Assembly (NCBI GenBank): GCA_964484565.1
Contig: CAZAGG010000006.1
Location: 38,306-102,305, forward strand
From: an uncultured Rickettsiales bacterium
GTDB taxonomy: Bacteria; Pseudomonadota; Alphaproteobacteria; Rickettsiales; CAZAGG01
DNA length: 64,000 nt
Reading direction: 5' to 3'
A program made the position numbers and the translations under genes. A model generated the notes under the pieces. The model was not told the DNA's origin, did not search any database, and worked only from the letters and a program-made list of their open reading frames with translations. This document shows, one piece after another, positions 39,200 to 47,911 of this stretch (its first letter is position 1; the number at the start of each line of letters is the position of its first letter).

Positions 39200-39589
39200 A
39201 TGAAAGAAAAAGAGTTTGGCGAATTGAAATATCCCAAAAGAGGCTTTAAAGAAAAAAACGAAGCAACCACCTATAGGATATATAAAAACAAAAAAGACTT
39301 TATCCTCGTGGAAGCTAACACCGCTCTAGAAGCTATTCGAAAGAGTGAAATTACTACCCCCTTTAAGGTAGTTAAGTATTCCAAACTCAATGAAACGGCT
39401 ATTCCAACCTCAGTTTTAGATGAACTTCAAGATATTGATGAAGATTCTTCTAGTGCTTCTTCAATCCCAAATAATATTGTGGATGTTAGCCCGATGATTG
39501 ATACATCTATTATTGATAAACAAGATATAGCGGAAGTTAATCAGGATATTCCAGATGAGAACGACAACAAAAATATAGAGGAGTCATAG
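39200..39589 (+). CDS. hypothetical protein with acidic C-terminal tail
   Basis: ATG at 39200 is preceded by GGAGAGAGGG. The track start at 39182 is less likely. No recognisable domain. Confidence 0.45.
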   Translation: MKEKEFGELKYPKRGFKEKNEATTYRIYKNKKDFILVEANTALEAIRKSEITTPFKVVKYSKLNETAIPTSVLDELQDIDEDSSSASSIPNNIVDVSPMIDTSIIDKQDIAEVNQDIPDENDNKNIEES

Positions 39590-39593
39590 GATA

Positions 39594-40253
39594 ATGACAA
39601 AACAGGTTGCGGTTATACTTTCAGGTTGCGGACACATGGATGGCGCAGAGATCAGAGAATCAGTTTTAACATTGCTCGCATTATCCAAAATGGGTGCGAA
39701 GGTATCTATATTCGCTCCAGATATTAAGCAAAAAGATGTTGTAAATCATGCAAATGGTGCTTCCGAAACAAGCGCAAGAAATGTATTTGAAGAATCTGCC
39801 CGTATTGCAAGGGGCGATATAGCAAAGTTAGAAGAGCTTTCTCATGAAAATTTTGATGCTTTGATTATTCCAGGTGGTTTTGGTGTTGCCAAAAATCTAT
39901 CTAATTTTGCAGAAAAAGGCGCAGCAGCCGATGTGAATGTCGATTTTAAAAGGGTTGTAAAAGCATTTGCATCTTCAAAAAAGCCAATTGGTGCTATTTG
40001 TATAGCGCCCGCCGTTTTAGCTGTGATTTTAGGACAAGAATATTCACCTTTACTAACAATCGGTGATGATGAAGGCGTGGCAGCGGAGATAGAAAAAGCA
40101 GGCGCAAAACACCAAAATTGCAAAACAAATGACATTATTTACGACACTCAAAATAAAATAGTTACATGTTCGGCTTATATGCGAAATGACGAACTAAAAG
40201 ATATTGCCCAAGGAATAGAAAAGCTAGTTGCGAAAGTTCTAGAAATCAGCTGA
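39594..40253 (+). CDS. elbB: DJ-1/PfpI-superfamily protein ElbB (ES1 family)
   Basis: VAVILSGCGHMDGAEIRESVLTLLAL N-terminus, FDALIIPGGFG, and the nucleophile-elbow PIGAICIAP. Confidence 0.85.
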   Translation: MTKQVAVILSGCGHMDGAEIRESVLTLLALSKMGAKVSIFAPDIKQKDVVNHANGASETSARNVFEESARIARGDIAKLEELSHENFDALIIPGGFGVAKNLSNFAEKGAAADVNVDFKRVVKAFASSKKPIGAICIAPAVLAVILGQEYSPLLTIGDDEGVAAEIEKAGAKHQNCKTNDIIYDTQNKIVTCSAYMRNDELKDIAQGIEKLVAKVLEIS

Positions 40254-40570
40254 TGTTAAGAAGGTTTAGGATAATCGCCCTCTTTATAGCCTTGATGAAT
40301 TTTATTCAGGTATTAATTTTGAAGGCACATGATGCAACCTTTCTAATCTCGCTACCCGTTTTAATAAGCCTTTTTTGCGTTATCTTGATTATACTTTCTA
40401 CATATGAATGCAGGCGCAGAATTGTAAGAATCAACTTCATTTTAAGCCAAATAAGACGCGGCATATATACACATAGAATAGAAGTACCTGTAGTAAAAGA
40501 TGAATTTACAAGGCTAGAGACTTGCATAAATAAGGTTTCTGCAAGTTTGCAAAGCAAGCCTAAAGATTAA
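40253..40570 (+). CDS. small membrane protein: two TM helices plus a HAMP-like segment, no output domain
   Basis: Two hydrophobic helices are followed by ILSQIRRGIYTHRIEVPVVKDEFTRLETCINKVSASL, which fits the HAMP pattern (G.l..ri.....DE...L...fN.m...L). The start overlaps the elbB stop (TGATG). Confidence 0.45.
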   Translation: MLRRFRIIALFIALMNFIQVLILKAHDATFLISLPVLISLFCVILIILSTYECRRRIVRINFILSQIRRGIYTHRIEVPVVKDEFTRLETCINKVSASLQSKPKD

Positions 40571-40757
40571 AAAGGCATTAACTCTTGTTGCATAACGGCA
40601 ACATAGTAATTCAAAAGACTCTATTTAGCCTCATGTGCAGTTGATTAAAGTTGATATGGCTTATTCAATTGCGTAATTATATTTGAATTATGGTGTTTAG
40701 CTTTGACTGCTCCATTAATTACTTAAATTTTTGAAAACTTAAGTTGGGAAAAATACA

Positions 40758-41906
40758 ATGAAAAAAATTCTTCTTGGAACTACAGCTCTTATCGGTGCTG
40801 CTGGCCTATTTGCTGGTGCCGCTGCGGCTGCTGAGGGACCGAAAGTTTCAGTTGGTGGCTTTTTGGATTTCCAAGCTGGCTATACTGATCAAGATAACGA
40901 TACAAACGTGCGTGATTTCAAATTCCAAAACGATACTGAAATTCATGTTCGCGTAGACGGAAAAGCAGACAACGGCCTAGGTTATGGTGCTGTTGTTGAG
41001 CTTGAAGCAGATGCTACTGCTGATGCAGATGGCGAAGGCTTCAATGCAGATAAAACATACTTATACTTACAAGGTAGCTGGGGTCGTGTAGAACTTGGTT
41101 CAAACACAGATGCTGCTGCTGCTCTTAAAGTTGATGCTTCTACCTTTGCTCGCGCAACAGGTGGTATCGACGGCGATTGGTATGATTTCGTTAACCTAAA
41201 CACCGCTGGTGGCTTAGGTGGCGTTGCTACTCCATTCATCCTTTCACCAGATCTTCCAGTTGCACACGGTGCAGCGACAAGTGCTGGTATTGATGGTGCC
41301 TTCGGTGCTAGCGAAGATGCTAACAAAATCACATACTACTCACCACGTTTCTCAGGCTTCCAACTTGGTCTAAGCTATGCTCCAGATTCAGGTAACGTTG
41401 GTACAGCTTCAGGCTTCACAGCAGAAAACAACGGTGATGCAGAAAATGTATTCAACCTAGGTATTAACTACACAGGTAAATTCCAAAACGTAGGCGTTGT
41501 ACTTAGTGCAACTGGTGAAATCGGAGATGCAGAAGCTCTTGGTCAAGAAGATCTAGCTGCTTATGCTCTTGGTGCTAACTTCACCTACATGGGATGGAGC
41601 TTCGGCGGTTCTTATGGCGATTGGGGCGACAGCCTACAAGCTGCTGCTGGTAGCGATGATGCAGACTACTGGACACTTGGTTTAGCTTATGACTTCGGTC
41701 CTTTCGGTGCAAGCATCGGATACATCGACAGCGATTATGCTAACAACGATTTCCACAACCTTTCAATTGGTGCAGACTATAAACTAGCACCAGGTTTGGT
41801 TCCATATGCTGAAATCAACTTCTTCGAACTTGATCGTGGCGGCGTTGGTGCTGGTTTCGACAACGACGGAACAGTATTCATTCTTGGTACCGAACTTACT
41901 TTCTAA
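40758..41906 (+). CDS. outer-membrane porin (alphaproteobacterial general porin type)
   Basis: Signal peptide ending AAAAAEG, Gly/Asp/Ala/Tyr-rich alternating beta-strand pattern, C-terminal ...ILGTELTF (terminal Phe), and a strong terminator right after. Confidence 0.85.
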   Translation: MKKILLGTTALIGAAGLFAGAAAAAEGPKVSVGGFLDFQAGYTDQDNDTNVRDFKFQNDTEIHVRVDGKADNGLGYGAVVELEADATADADGEGFNADKTYLYLQGSWGRVELGSNTDAAAALKVDASTFARATGGIDGDWYDFVNLNTAGGLGGVATPFILSPDLPVAHGAATSAGIDGAFGASEDANKITYYSPRFSGFQLGLSYAPDSGNVGTASGFTAENNGDAENVFNLGINYTGKFQNVGVVLSATGEIGDAEALGQEDLAAYALGANFTYMGWSFGGSYGDWGDSLQAAAGSDDADYWTLGLAYDFGPFGASIGYIDSDYANNDFHNLSIGADYKLAPGLVPYAEINFFELDRGGVGAGFDNDGTVFILGTELTF

Positions 41907-41931
41907 TTTAAAAGAAAGTTAGTTATTAAGA

Positions 41932-41961
41932 GTGGCGTAGAAATTCTACGCCACTTTTTTT
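41932..41961 (+). terminator. intrinsic terminator of the porin gene
   Basis: GTGGCGTAG-AAATT-CTACGCCAC stem-loop followed by TTTTTTT. Confidence 0.8.
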
Positions 41962-42010
41962 ATGTATTGCTCTCTAGCGAAATTAGAAATAATATTATTT
42001 GAAATAAGAA

Positions 42011-42140
42011 TTATAGCGCTTCTATTTTTATCTGATAGCGTCGCAACCGAAAGCGATTCTGTGAGGGTTTTACATTCCTTTCAAAATAACCTGAATAAAA
42101 CTATTGAAAGGCATGAAAAAAAACCACACAATCGAGAGAT
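42011..42140. repeat. composite palindromic repeat: family-C terminal module (42011-42040) fused to a family-B core (42034-42140)
   Basis: 42034-42140 aligns with 20694-20800 (shared GCGT..CAA.CGAAAGCGATTCTGTG.GGGTTTT..CATTCCTTTCAAAA ... TTGAAAGG ... AATCGAG). 42011-42040 matches the reverse complement of 59189-59219 at about 24 of 31 positions. Confidence 0.55.
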
Positions 42141-42185
42141 TATTATAACGAAATATGAAGCTGGTTTACAGTTAGGGAGATATAA

Positions 42186-42728
42186 GTGACAGTCAAAATT
42201 TTAAAAACAATCACTCTTTGTTTAATCTCAACAGCTCTACTTTCTGCCTGTAGTGGCAAGAATGTTGATTCTGAGAATTACCCAATGGATCCCGATGACG
42301 CCAGAAGAGCAAAAAGAGGAAAACTAAGTGGCGAAGACGGATTGGTTTTATTTGGCAAAGGCAGCATATTTGATAAAAAAGGCTCTACAGCTACAGGTGG
42401 AGGTTTAGGAGTAAACGCATATTTGTGGCGCGCAACGCTAGATACCATATCATTCATGCCAATTACTTCTAGTGACCCAGTTGGTGGAGTCCTAATCACT
42501 GATTGGTATGAGAATGCCGAAAGTCAAGGAGAGAGATACAAACTCAACGTACTAATTAAAGATACCGAACTCCGAGCAGATGCAGTTTCTGTAAATGTAT
42601 TCAAGCAAACAAAAGATGCCAACGGTAATTGGCGAGATGCCCCTGTTGATAAGAAAGTATCTACAGATATTGAGGATGCAATTCTTACAAAGGCACGACA
42701 ACTCAAAATCCGCGCAGAGAACTCATAA
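42186..42728 (+). CDS. DUF3576 domain lipoprotein
   Basis: Lipobox LLSACSG and the block GGGLGVNAYLWRATLDTISFMPITSSDPVGGVLITDWY typical of DUF3576. GTG start lies 6 nt after GGGAGA. Confidence 0.8.
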   Translation: MTVKILKTITLCLISTALLSACSGKNVDSENYPMDPDDARRAKRGKLSGEDGLVLFGKGSIFDKKGSTATGGGLGVNAYLWRATLDTISFMPITSSDPVGGVLITDWYENAESQGERYKLNVLIKDTELRADAVSVNVFKQTKDANGNWRDAPVDKKVSTDIEDAILTKARQLKIRAENS

Positions 42729-42880
42729 TGCGTGTCATTATGAGAATAAATTTCCTATTATAGAACGTATTCAGTAAGATTGAGCCTCCGCAACAACTCC
42801 AACTCATTGATTTATATGCGATTATCTTTTGGCATAGAATATGCAATGTATAGTGCATATATAAGAAGAGGGAGGGTTTT

Positions 42881-43060
42881 ATGACTATAAAGTTTTCCAG
42901 CATGGCGATTATATTCGCTGCATTTGTTCTTTCGGTTCCAGCAATTCTGCTTTCTCTCTTTTTAGATTGGAGCTATCTTATAGAACACTATGATGTAAGC
43001 GATATAATTTCAGGCGCAGTAATATTGGCATTGTCAATCGCTAAAAAAGGCTTCTTTTAA
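42881..43060 (+). CDS. small membrane protein (59 aa), missing from the ORF track
   Basis: ATG is preceded by a strong GAGGGAGGG Shine-Dalgarno. MTIKFSSMAIIFAAFVLSVPAILLSLFLDW..GAVILALSIAKKGFF suggests two hydrophobic helices. Confidence 0.4.
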   Translation: MTIKFSSMAIIFAAFVLSVPAILLSLFLDWSYLIEHYDVSDIISGAVILALSIAKKGFF

Positions 43061-43118
43061 AAAATATATAGCGCATATCGAGAGTTTAGACTTATATGAA
43101 ATACATTTATGTCGCCTA

Positions 43119-43250
43119 TATATAGCAGTGCTTCTATTTTTATAATGGCACCTTCTTTCATTGATCTCACCGTGCTCACGCATTATTCATACGCTCCGCG
43201 CGCCTCACCTCGAAATACTTGCTCTCAAATAAAATTAGAAACACTATAAT
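43119..43250. repeat. palindromic repeat family C, copy 1 (MITE-like, GC-rich core)
   Basis: Ends TATAGCAGTGCTTCTATTTT / AAAATTAGAAACACTATAAT are inverted repeats. The reverse complement aligns with 59079-59150 (ATTATAGTG.TTCTA.TTTTATTTGAGAGCA.GT.TTTCGAGG.GAGGCGCGCG..GAGCGTAT). Confidence 0.55.
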
Positions 43251-43635
43251 TGCGAACCGATGGTGAAGAAATCCAGAAAAACTCTAGCTTTCTGGATCGG
43301 CTACGTTGCAATACTTTTATTATGCCTACGTTTTGCGTTTCGCGCAATAACGCCTGTTAGGCACCAGTATGACTGTGGAGAAGGTAGAGGGCGAGAGCAT
43401 TTCCTAATCATCAAATGATTTATAACCAGTTTTGAAAATATAAATGCCTTATTCCGAATAAAATGTAGGGGAGTAAGTAGCCTATTGCTAGAGGCTATAT
43501 AATAGCTAATTGAATGTTAGATGTGTTAATAAAACGCCACAAGGGCTAGGCGAGATTAATAATTTATTATCTATTAACGGCCATAATTAATATAGATAGT
43601 GGCTTTAATTATTGTTATCAAAAGGAAAATAGCGA

Positions 43636-44511
43636 ATGCCTGATTATGAGTGGGATTCATGGCAAGATTTTATAGTAATTAATGAAGTATCAATATCTGA
43701 TGATGTTTTACTCCCACATCTCGAAACTTTAGGATATGAATCGATTGAGCAAGCGCGAAAATCAATGATGTTAGAAAGCAATCAGTTTTATGAAGCTGTA
43801 GAAAGAACACTAGATCACCTTATGACATTTCCTGAAGGCAGAGAAATGCTTAACAATATTTATCTCAGATTAAAAGAGATTGATCCAAGTAATGAAACCA
43901 ATCTAAACATTACAAATATTGGTGGCTCAGAATCTAATTTTACATTGTACAAGTATGGCAACCCAACAATTAATATTGACACTTGGCAGATCATGAACTC
44001 GGGATTTGTTGGAACGTTAATAGGTGATCAAACTACGAGATTTATACCATTAAGTTTTGAGCATGTATTAGTGCATGAGCTATTGCATTCTGGAGATATT
44101 TGGTCTTGGAAAATAAATATGCTTTTCTCTCAAAATGATATTGAAGCGACCAGACAGATTATTTCTGATTATCAGAATGATAGGAGCATTCAACTTATCA
44201 GTGATGGCTCTTCAGATGAAGATGTTTATGACGCGGTGCCAGAAATGCAACTAACCATAGAACAAGATATTACAGATCAAACAAATACTATAATGCCTCA
44301 TTTTCAAGATGTTACTCAAAGAGGAAATTATAAAGACTCTTGTCAATTGAAAGAACCAATTCCAGAGGTGATAATATTATTAGAGTTGGAAAACCCATTT
44401 GATGGAATAATATATGATTCTGAAGGGTTTGAGATTGATATTGAATGCCAAGCTCAACCTTTATCTCTAACCCCGTCATCAGAAAGTATAATAAGTAGAA
44501 ATCTGCCTTAA
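43636..44511 (+). CDS. hypothetical protein with HExxH zincin motif (putative metalloprotease, effector-like)
   Basis: 291 aa, no signal peptide. The single motif FEHVLVHELLHSGD follows a beta-rich region (NITNIGGSESNF..NPTINIDTW). SD AAGGAAA lies 9 nt upstream. Confidence 0.55.
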   Translation: MPDYEWDSWQDFIVINEVSISDDVLLPHLETLGYESIEQARKSMMLESNQFYEAVERTLDHLMTFPEGREMLNNIYLRLKEIDPSNETNLNITNIGGSESNFTLYKYGNPTINIDTWQIMNSGFVGTLIGDQTTRFIPLSFEHVLVHELLHSGDIWSWKINMLFSQNDIEATRQIISDYQNDRSIQLISDGSSDEDVYDAVPEMQLTIEQDITDQTNTIMPHFQDVTQRGNYKDSCQLKEPIPEVIILLELENPFDGIIYDSEGFEIDIECQAQPLSLTPSSESIISRNLP

Positions 44512-44514
44512 TCT

Positions 44515-45099
44515 TTATGAATCACGGCTGAAGTCATTTATTCCTATTTCAGTTGCTACTTTGAGGAAATCATTGTCATGCGTTGCGACGATTATAGTGC
44601 CTTGTTGGTCGGCACGGGTTGCGATTAGGTTTCTGAGTTTTTCAGTGATTTTCGAATCAAGGTTAATGCTTGGCTCATCTAGCAACCATATTTTATTGTT
44701 TTCAACAATTAATCTAGCCAGATCAACCCTTTTCATAAGCCCAGCAGATAGCTTTCTGCACTCTATATCAATATAACTTTCTAGCTCAAAATAGCTAATA
44801 GCGGTTGGGATTAATATCTGATTGCCAGAAAGATTCGCCCAATGACTAATATTATCATAAACGCTAACTTCTGGCTTAACGCATGGAACATGCGGAATGT
44901 AAGATAAAGACTCACCTTCTTCAAGCTCAATTGACCCAGATGAAGGCTCTAAGATTCCTGCTATGATTTCTAGGAGCGTGGTTTTTCCTGACCCGTTTTC
45001 ACCTTTAATCGTGAAAATTCCTGCGCCAAATGTTATACCAACGTCAGAAAAAATAGCTCTGCCAGCACGATTTAAAGATATATTTGATAAAGTAAGCAT
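44515..45099 (-). CDS. ccmA: heme exporter ATP-binding protein CcmA
   Basis: Short (194 aa) ABC ATPase with Walker A GENGSGKTTLLEIIAG, signature LSAGLMKRVDLARL and Walker B WLLDEP. It is divergent from acnA, as is common in alphaproteobacteria. Confidence 0.7.
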   Translation of the reverse strand: MLTLSNISLNRAGRAIFSDVGITFGAGIFTIKGENGSGKTTLLEIIAGILEPSSGSIELEEGESLSYIPHVPCVKPEVSVYDNISHWANLSGNQILIPTAISYFELESYIDIECRKLSAGLMKRVDLARLIVENNKIWLLDEPSINLDSKITEKLRNLIATRADQQGTIIVATHDNDFLKVATEIGINDFSRDS

Positions 45100-45201
45100 T
45101 TGTTTATAATTTTTTGTTAAAACTAACAGTCTTATAAATAACAGCTATGAGTTGCAGGAAGCAACATATAACTAAAAACCAATGATACAGGAGCCGAAAA
45201 A

Positions 45202-47904
45202 GTGAGCAATGTGGGAATAGATAGTCTAGGCGTTAAAAAGCAACTAACTGTAAATGATAAGAAATATAGCTATTACAGTCTAAAAGCTGCTGAAAAAGCA
45301 ATCGGCAGGGATTTATCTTCGCTGCCATATAGTATGAAAGTTTTACTTGAGAACTTGCTGCGCTATGAAAATGGACGAACCGTAACCACAGACGATATTA
45401 AATCTATAGCTGCTTGGCTTGACAATAAATCATCCGATAGAGAGATTGCCTTTCTTCCCGCTCGCGTTTTGATGCAAGACTTTACTGGAGTTCCTGCGGT
45501 TGTTGACCTCGCTGCAATGCGTGATGCGGTTGCAAAAAGAGGCGGAGATCCAAGAAAAATCAACCCACTTTCACAAGTCGATCTAGTCATTGACCACTCA
45601 GTTCAAGTTGATAGCTTCGGCAACGGCAAGTCTTTCATGGAAAATGTCGAGCTAGAATTTGAAAGAAACTCAGAAAGATACGAATTCCTAAGATGGGGAC
45701 AGCAAGCATTCAGCAACTTCCGTGTAGTTCCACCAGGAACAGGAATTTGCCATCAGGTGAACCTAGAGTATTTATCTGAAGTAGTATGGACAAATCATAT
45801 AAATGGTGAAGTATATGCTTATCCTGACACATTGGTCGGAACAGATAGTCACACAACAATGGTAAATGGTTTAGCTGTTTTAGGTTGGGGCGTCGGAGGC
45901 ATTGAGGCAGAAGCCGCAATGTTAGGTCAGCCAATTTCTATGCTAATTCCTGAAGTCATCGGCTTTAAACTAAAAGGCTCTTTAAAAGAAGGGGCAACAG
46001 CAACAGACTTGGTTTTAACCGTTACACAAATGCTTCGCAAAAAGGGCGTAGTGGGTAAATTCGTTGAATTTTATGGTGAAGGTTTAAACAATCTACAACT
46101 TGCAGACAGGGCAACTATTGCCAATATGGCTCCCGAATATGGTGCAACTTGTGGTTTCTTCCCAATTGATAAAGAAACTATCGAATACTTAAAACTCTCT
46201 GGGCGCAACCCGCAAATTATCTCACTTGTTGAAGCCTATGCCAAAGAACAAGGATTATGGAGAGATGCTTCTTCAAAAGATCCAGTATTTACAGATATAC
46301 TAGAACTAGATCTTTCAACTGTTGAGCCTTCTCTAGCTGGGCCTAAGCGTCCACAAGATAGAGTGACACTTTCTCAAGTTGCAAAGTCGTTTCAAGATGC
46401 ACTACCAACTATGGTTAAAGCAGATACCGATTCAAACAAGTCAGTCAAAGTTTCTGGAACGGATTTCTCAATCAGCAATGGCGATGTTGCAATCGCAGCA
46501 ATCACAAGCTGCACAAATACCTCTAATCCAAGTGTAATGTTAGCAGCAGGATTAGTTGCAAGAAATGCGGCAAAGAAGGGTCTGAAAGTAAAGCCTTGGG
46601 TTAAAACTTCTCTTGCACCTGGTTCGCAGGTGGTAACTGAATATCTCAACAAATCAGGCTTGATGAGTGAGCTTGAAAAGATGAACTTCCACCTCGTTGG
46701 ATATGGCTGCACAACCTGCATTGGTAACTCTGGGCCTCTTCCTGATAATATATCAGCAGCAATTAGCGAAAATGACTTAGCCGTTGCAGCAGTTTTATCT
46801 GGTAACAGAAACTTCGAAGGCAGGGTTCACCCATTAGTAAAGGCTAATTATCTAGCTTCTCCCCCATTAGTTGTTGCTTATGCAATCGCGGGCAATGTTA
46901 ACATAAATCTTGCTACAGATGCATTAGGCACTGGAAGCGATGGAAATCCTGTATATCTGAAAGATATATGGCCAACCAACAAAGAAATTCAGGAAGTGGT
47001 GGCAACATGTGTTACACCTGAAATGTTTAGAACCAAATATGCAGATGTATTCAGCGGTGATGATCTATGGAAGAAAGTTGGTGGCAACACGAGCGGCCTA
47101 ACTTATTCATGGCTGGGAGATAGCACTTATGTTAAAAATCCTCCATATTTTGCACCAGAGGTTGCCTCAGTAAAACTTGACGGTGATATTAAGAATGCTG
47201 CAATACTTGCTGTTTTGGGTGACAGTATCACAACAGATCATATCTCTCCCGCAGGCAATATTTCTAAATCAAGTCCTGCTGCTAAATACCTTATGGAAAA
47301 AGGAGTTTCATACGCAGACTTTAACTCTTATGGCGCAAGACGTGGTAATCATGAAGTTATGATGCGCGGTACATTTGCCAATATTCGTATCAAAAACGAG
47401 ATGCTGAACGGCGTTGAAGGCGGACAAACTAAGCACATTCCAAGCGGTGAACAAATGTCGATTTATGATGCGGCGATGAAGTATCAATCAGCTGGAACAC
47501 CACTAGTAATATTCGCTGGTAAAGAATACGGTACTGGCTCATCAAGAGACTGGGCTGCAAAAGGCACAAGATTACTTGGGGTACGCGCAGTTATAGCCGA
47601 GAGCTTTGAGCGCATTCACCGTTCAAACCTTGTTGGAATGGGTGTTTTACCTCTTGTATTTAATGGCAGTGAAACCAGAAAAACCCTGAATCTGGATGGC
47701 AGCGAAACAATCAGTTTGCTAGGTTTAGATTCTGGCATCAAGCCAAGAATGCAGGTTAAACTTGTAATCAGCAGAACCGATGGCTCGAAAACAGAAACCA
47801 ATCTCACATGCCGAATTGATACCCTCGATGAAGTGGAATATTTCGTCAGCGGTGGCATTTTGCAGTATGTTGTAAATAACATAATCACACGCAAGGCAGC
47901 ATAA
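45202..47904 (+). CDS. acnA: aconitate hydratase A
   Basis: 900 aa with the Fe-S ligand regions (ITSCTNTSNP, GYGCTTCIGNSG) and a GTDSHTTM block. GTG start. Confidence 0.95.
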   Translation: MSNVGIDSLGVKKQLTVNDKKYSYYSLKAAEKAIGRDLSSLPYSMKVLLENLLRYENGRTVTTDDIKSIAAWLDNKSSDREIAFLPARVLMQDFTGVPAVVDLAAMRDAVAKRGGDPRKINPLSQVDLVIDHSVQVDSFGNGKSFMENVELEFERNSERYEFLRWGQQAFSNFRVVPPGTGICHQVNLEYLSEVVWTNHINGEVYAYPDTLVGTDSHTTMVNGLAVLGWGVGGIEAEAAMLGQPISMLIPEVIGFKLKGSLKEGATATDLVLTVTQMLRKKGVVGKFVEFYGEGLNNLQLADRATIANMAPEYGATCGFFPIDKETIEYLKLSGRNPQIISLVEAYAKEQGLWRDASSKDPVFTDILELDLSTVEPSLAGPKRPQDRVTLSQVAKSFQDALPTMVKADTDSNKSVKVSGTDFSISNGDVAIAAITSCTNTSNPSVMLAAGLVARNAAKKGLKVKPWVKTSLAPGSQVVTEYLNKSGLMSELEKMNFHLVGYGCTTCIGNSGPLPDNISAAISENDLAVAAVLSGNRNFEGRVHPLVKANYLASPPLVVAYAIAGNVNINLATDALGTGSDGNPVYLKDIWPTNKEIQEVVATCVTPEMFRTKYADVFSGDDLWKKVGGNTSGLTYSWLGDSTYVKNPPYFAPEVASVKLDGDIKNAAILAVLGDSITTDHISPAGNISKSSPAAKYLMEKGVSYADFNSYGARRGNHEVMMRGTFANIRIKNEMLNGVEGGQTKHIPSGEQMSIYDAAMKYQSAGTPLVIFAGKEYGTGSSRDWAAKGTRLLGVRAVIAESFERIHRSNLVGMGVLPLVFNGSETRKTLNLDGSETISLLGLDSGIKPRMQVKLVISRTDGSKTETNLTCRIDTLDEVEYFVSGGILQYVVNNIITRKAA

Positions 47905-47911
47905 GCCCTGC

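Noticed and set aside
41962-42189. 75-aa ORF between the porin and the DUF3576 gene
   Set aside because: It spans the composite repeat (42011-42140), which is homologous to non-coding sequence at 20694-20800, so it is most likely not coding.
43260-43415. 52-codon ORF MVKKSRKTLAFWIGYVAILLLCLRF... in the repeat-rich spacer
   Set aside because: It has no Shine-Dalgarno sequence and it overlaps a hairpin and a TTAGGCAC repeat motif. It cannot be distinguished from a chance ORF.
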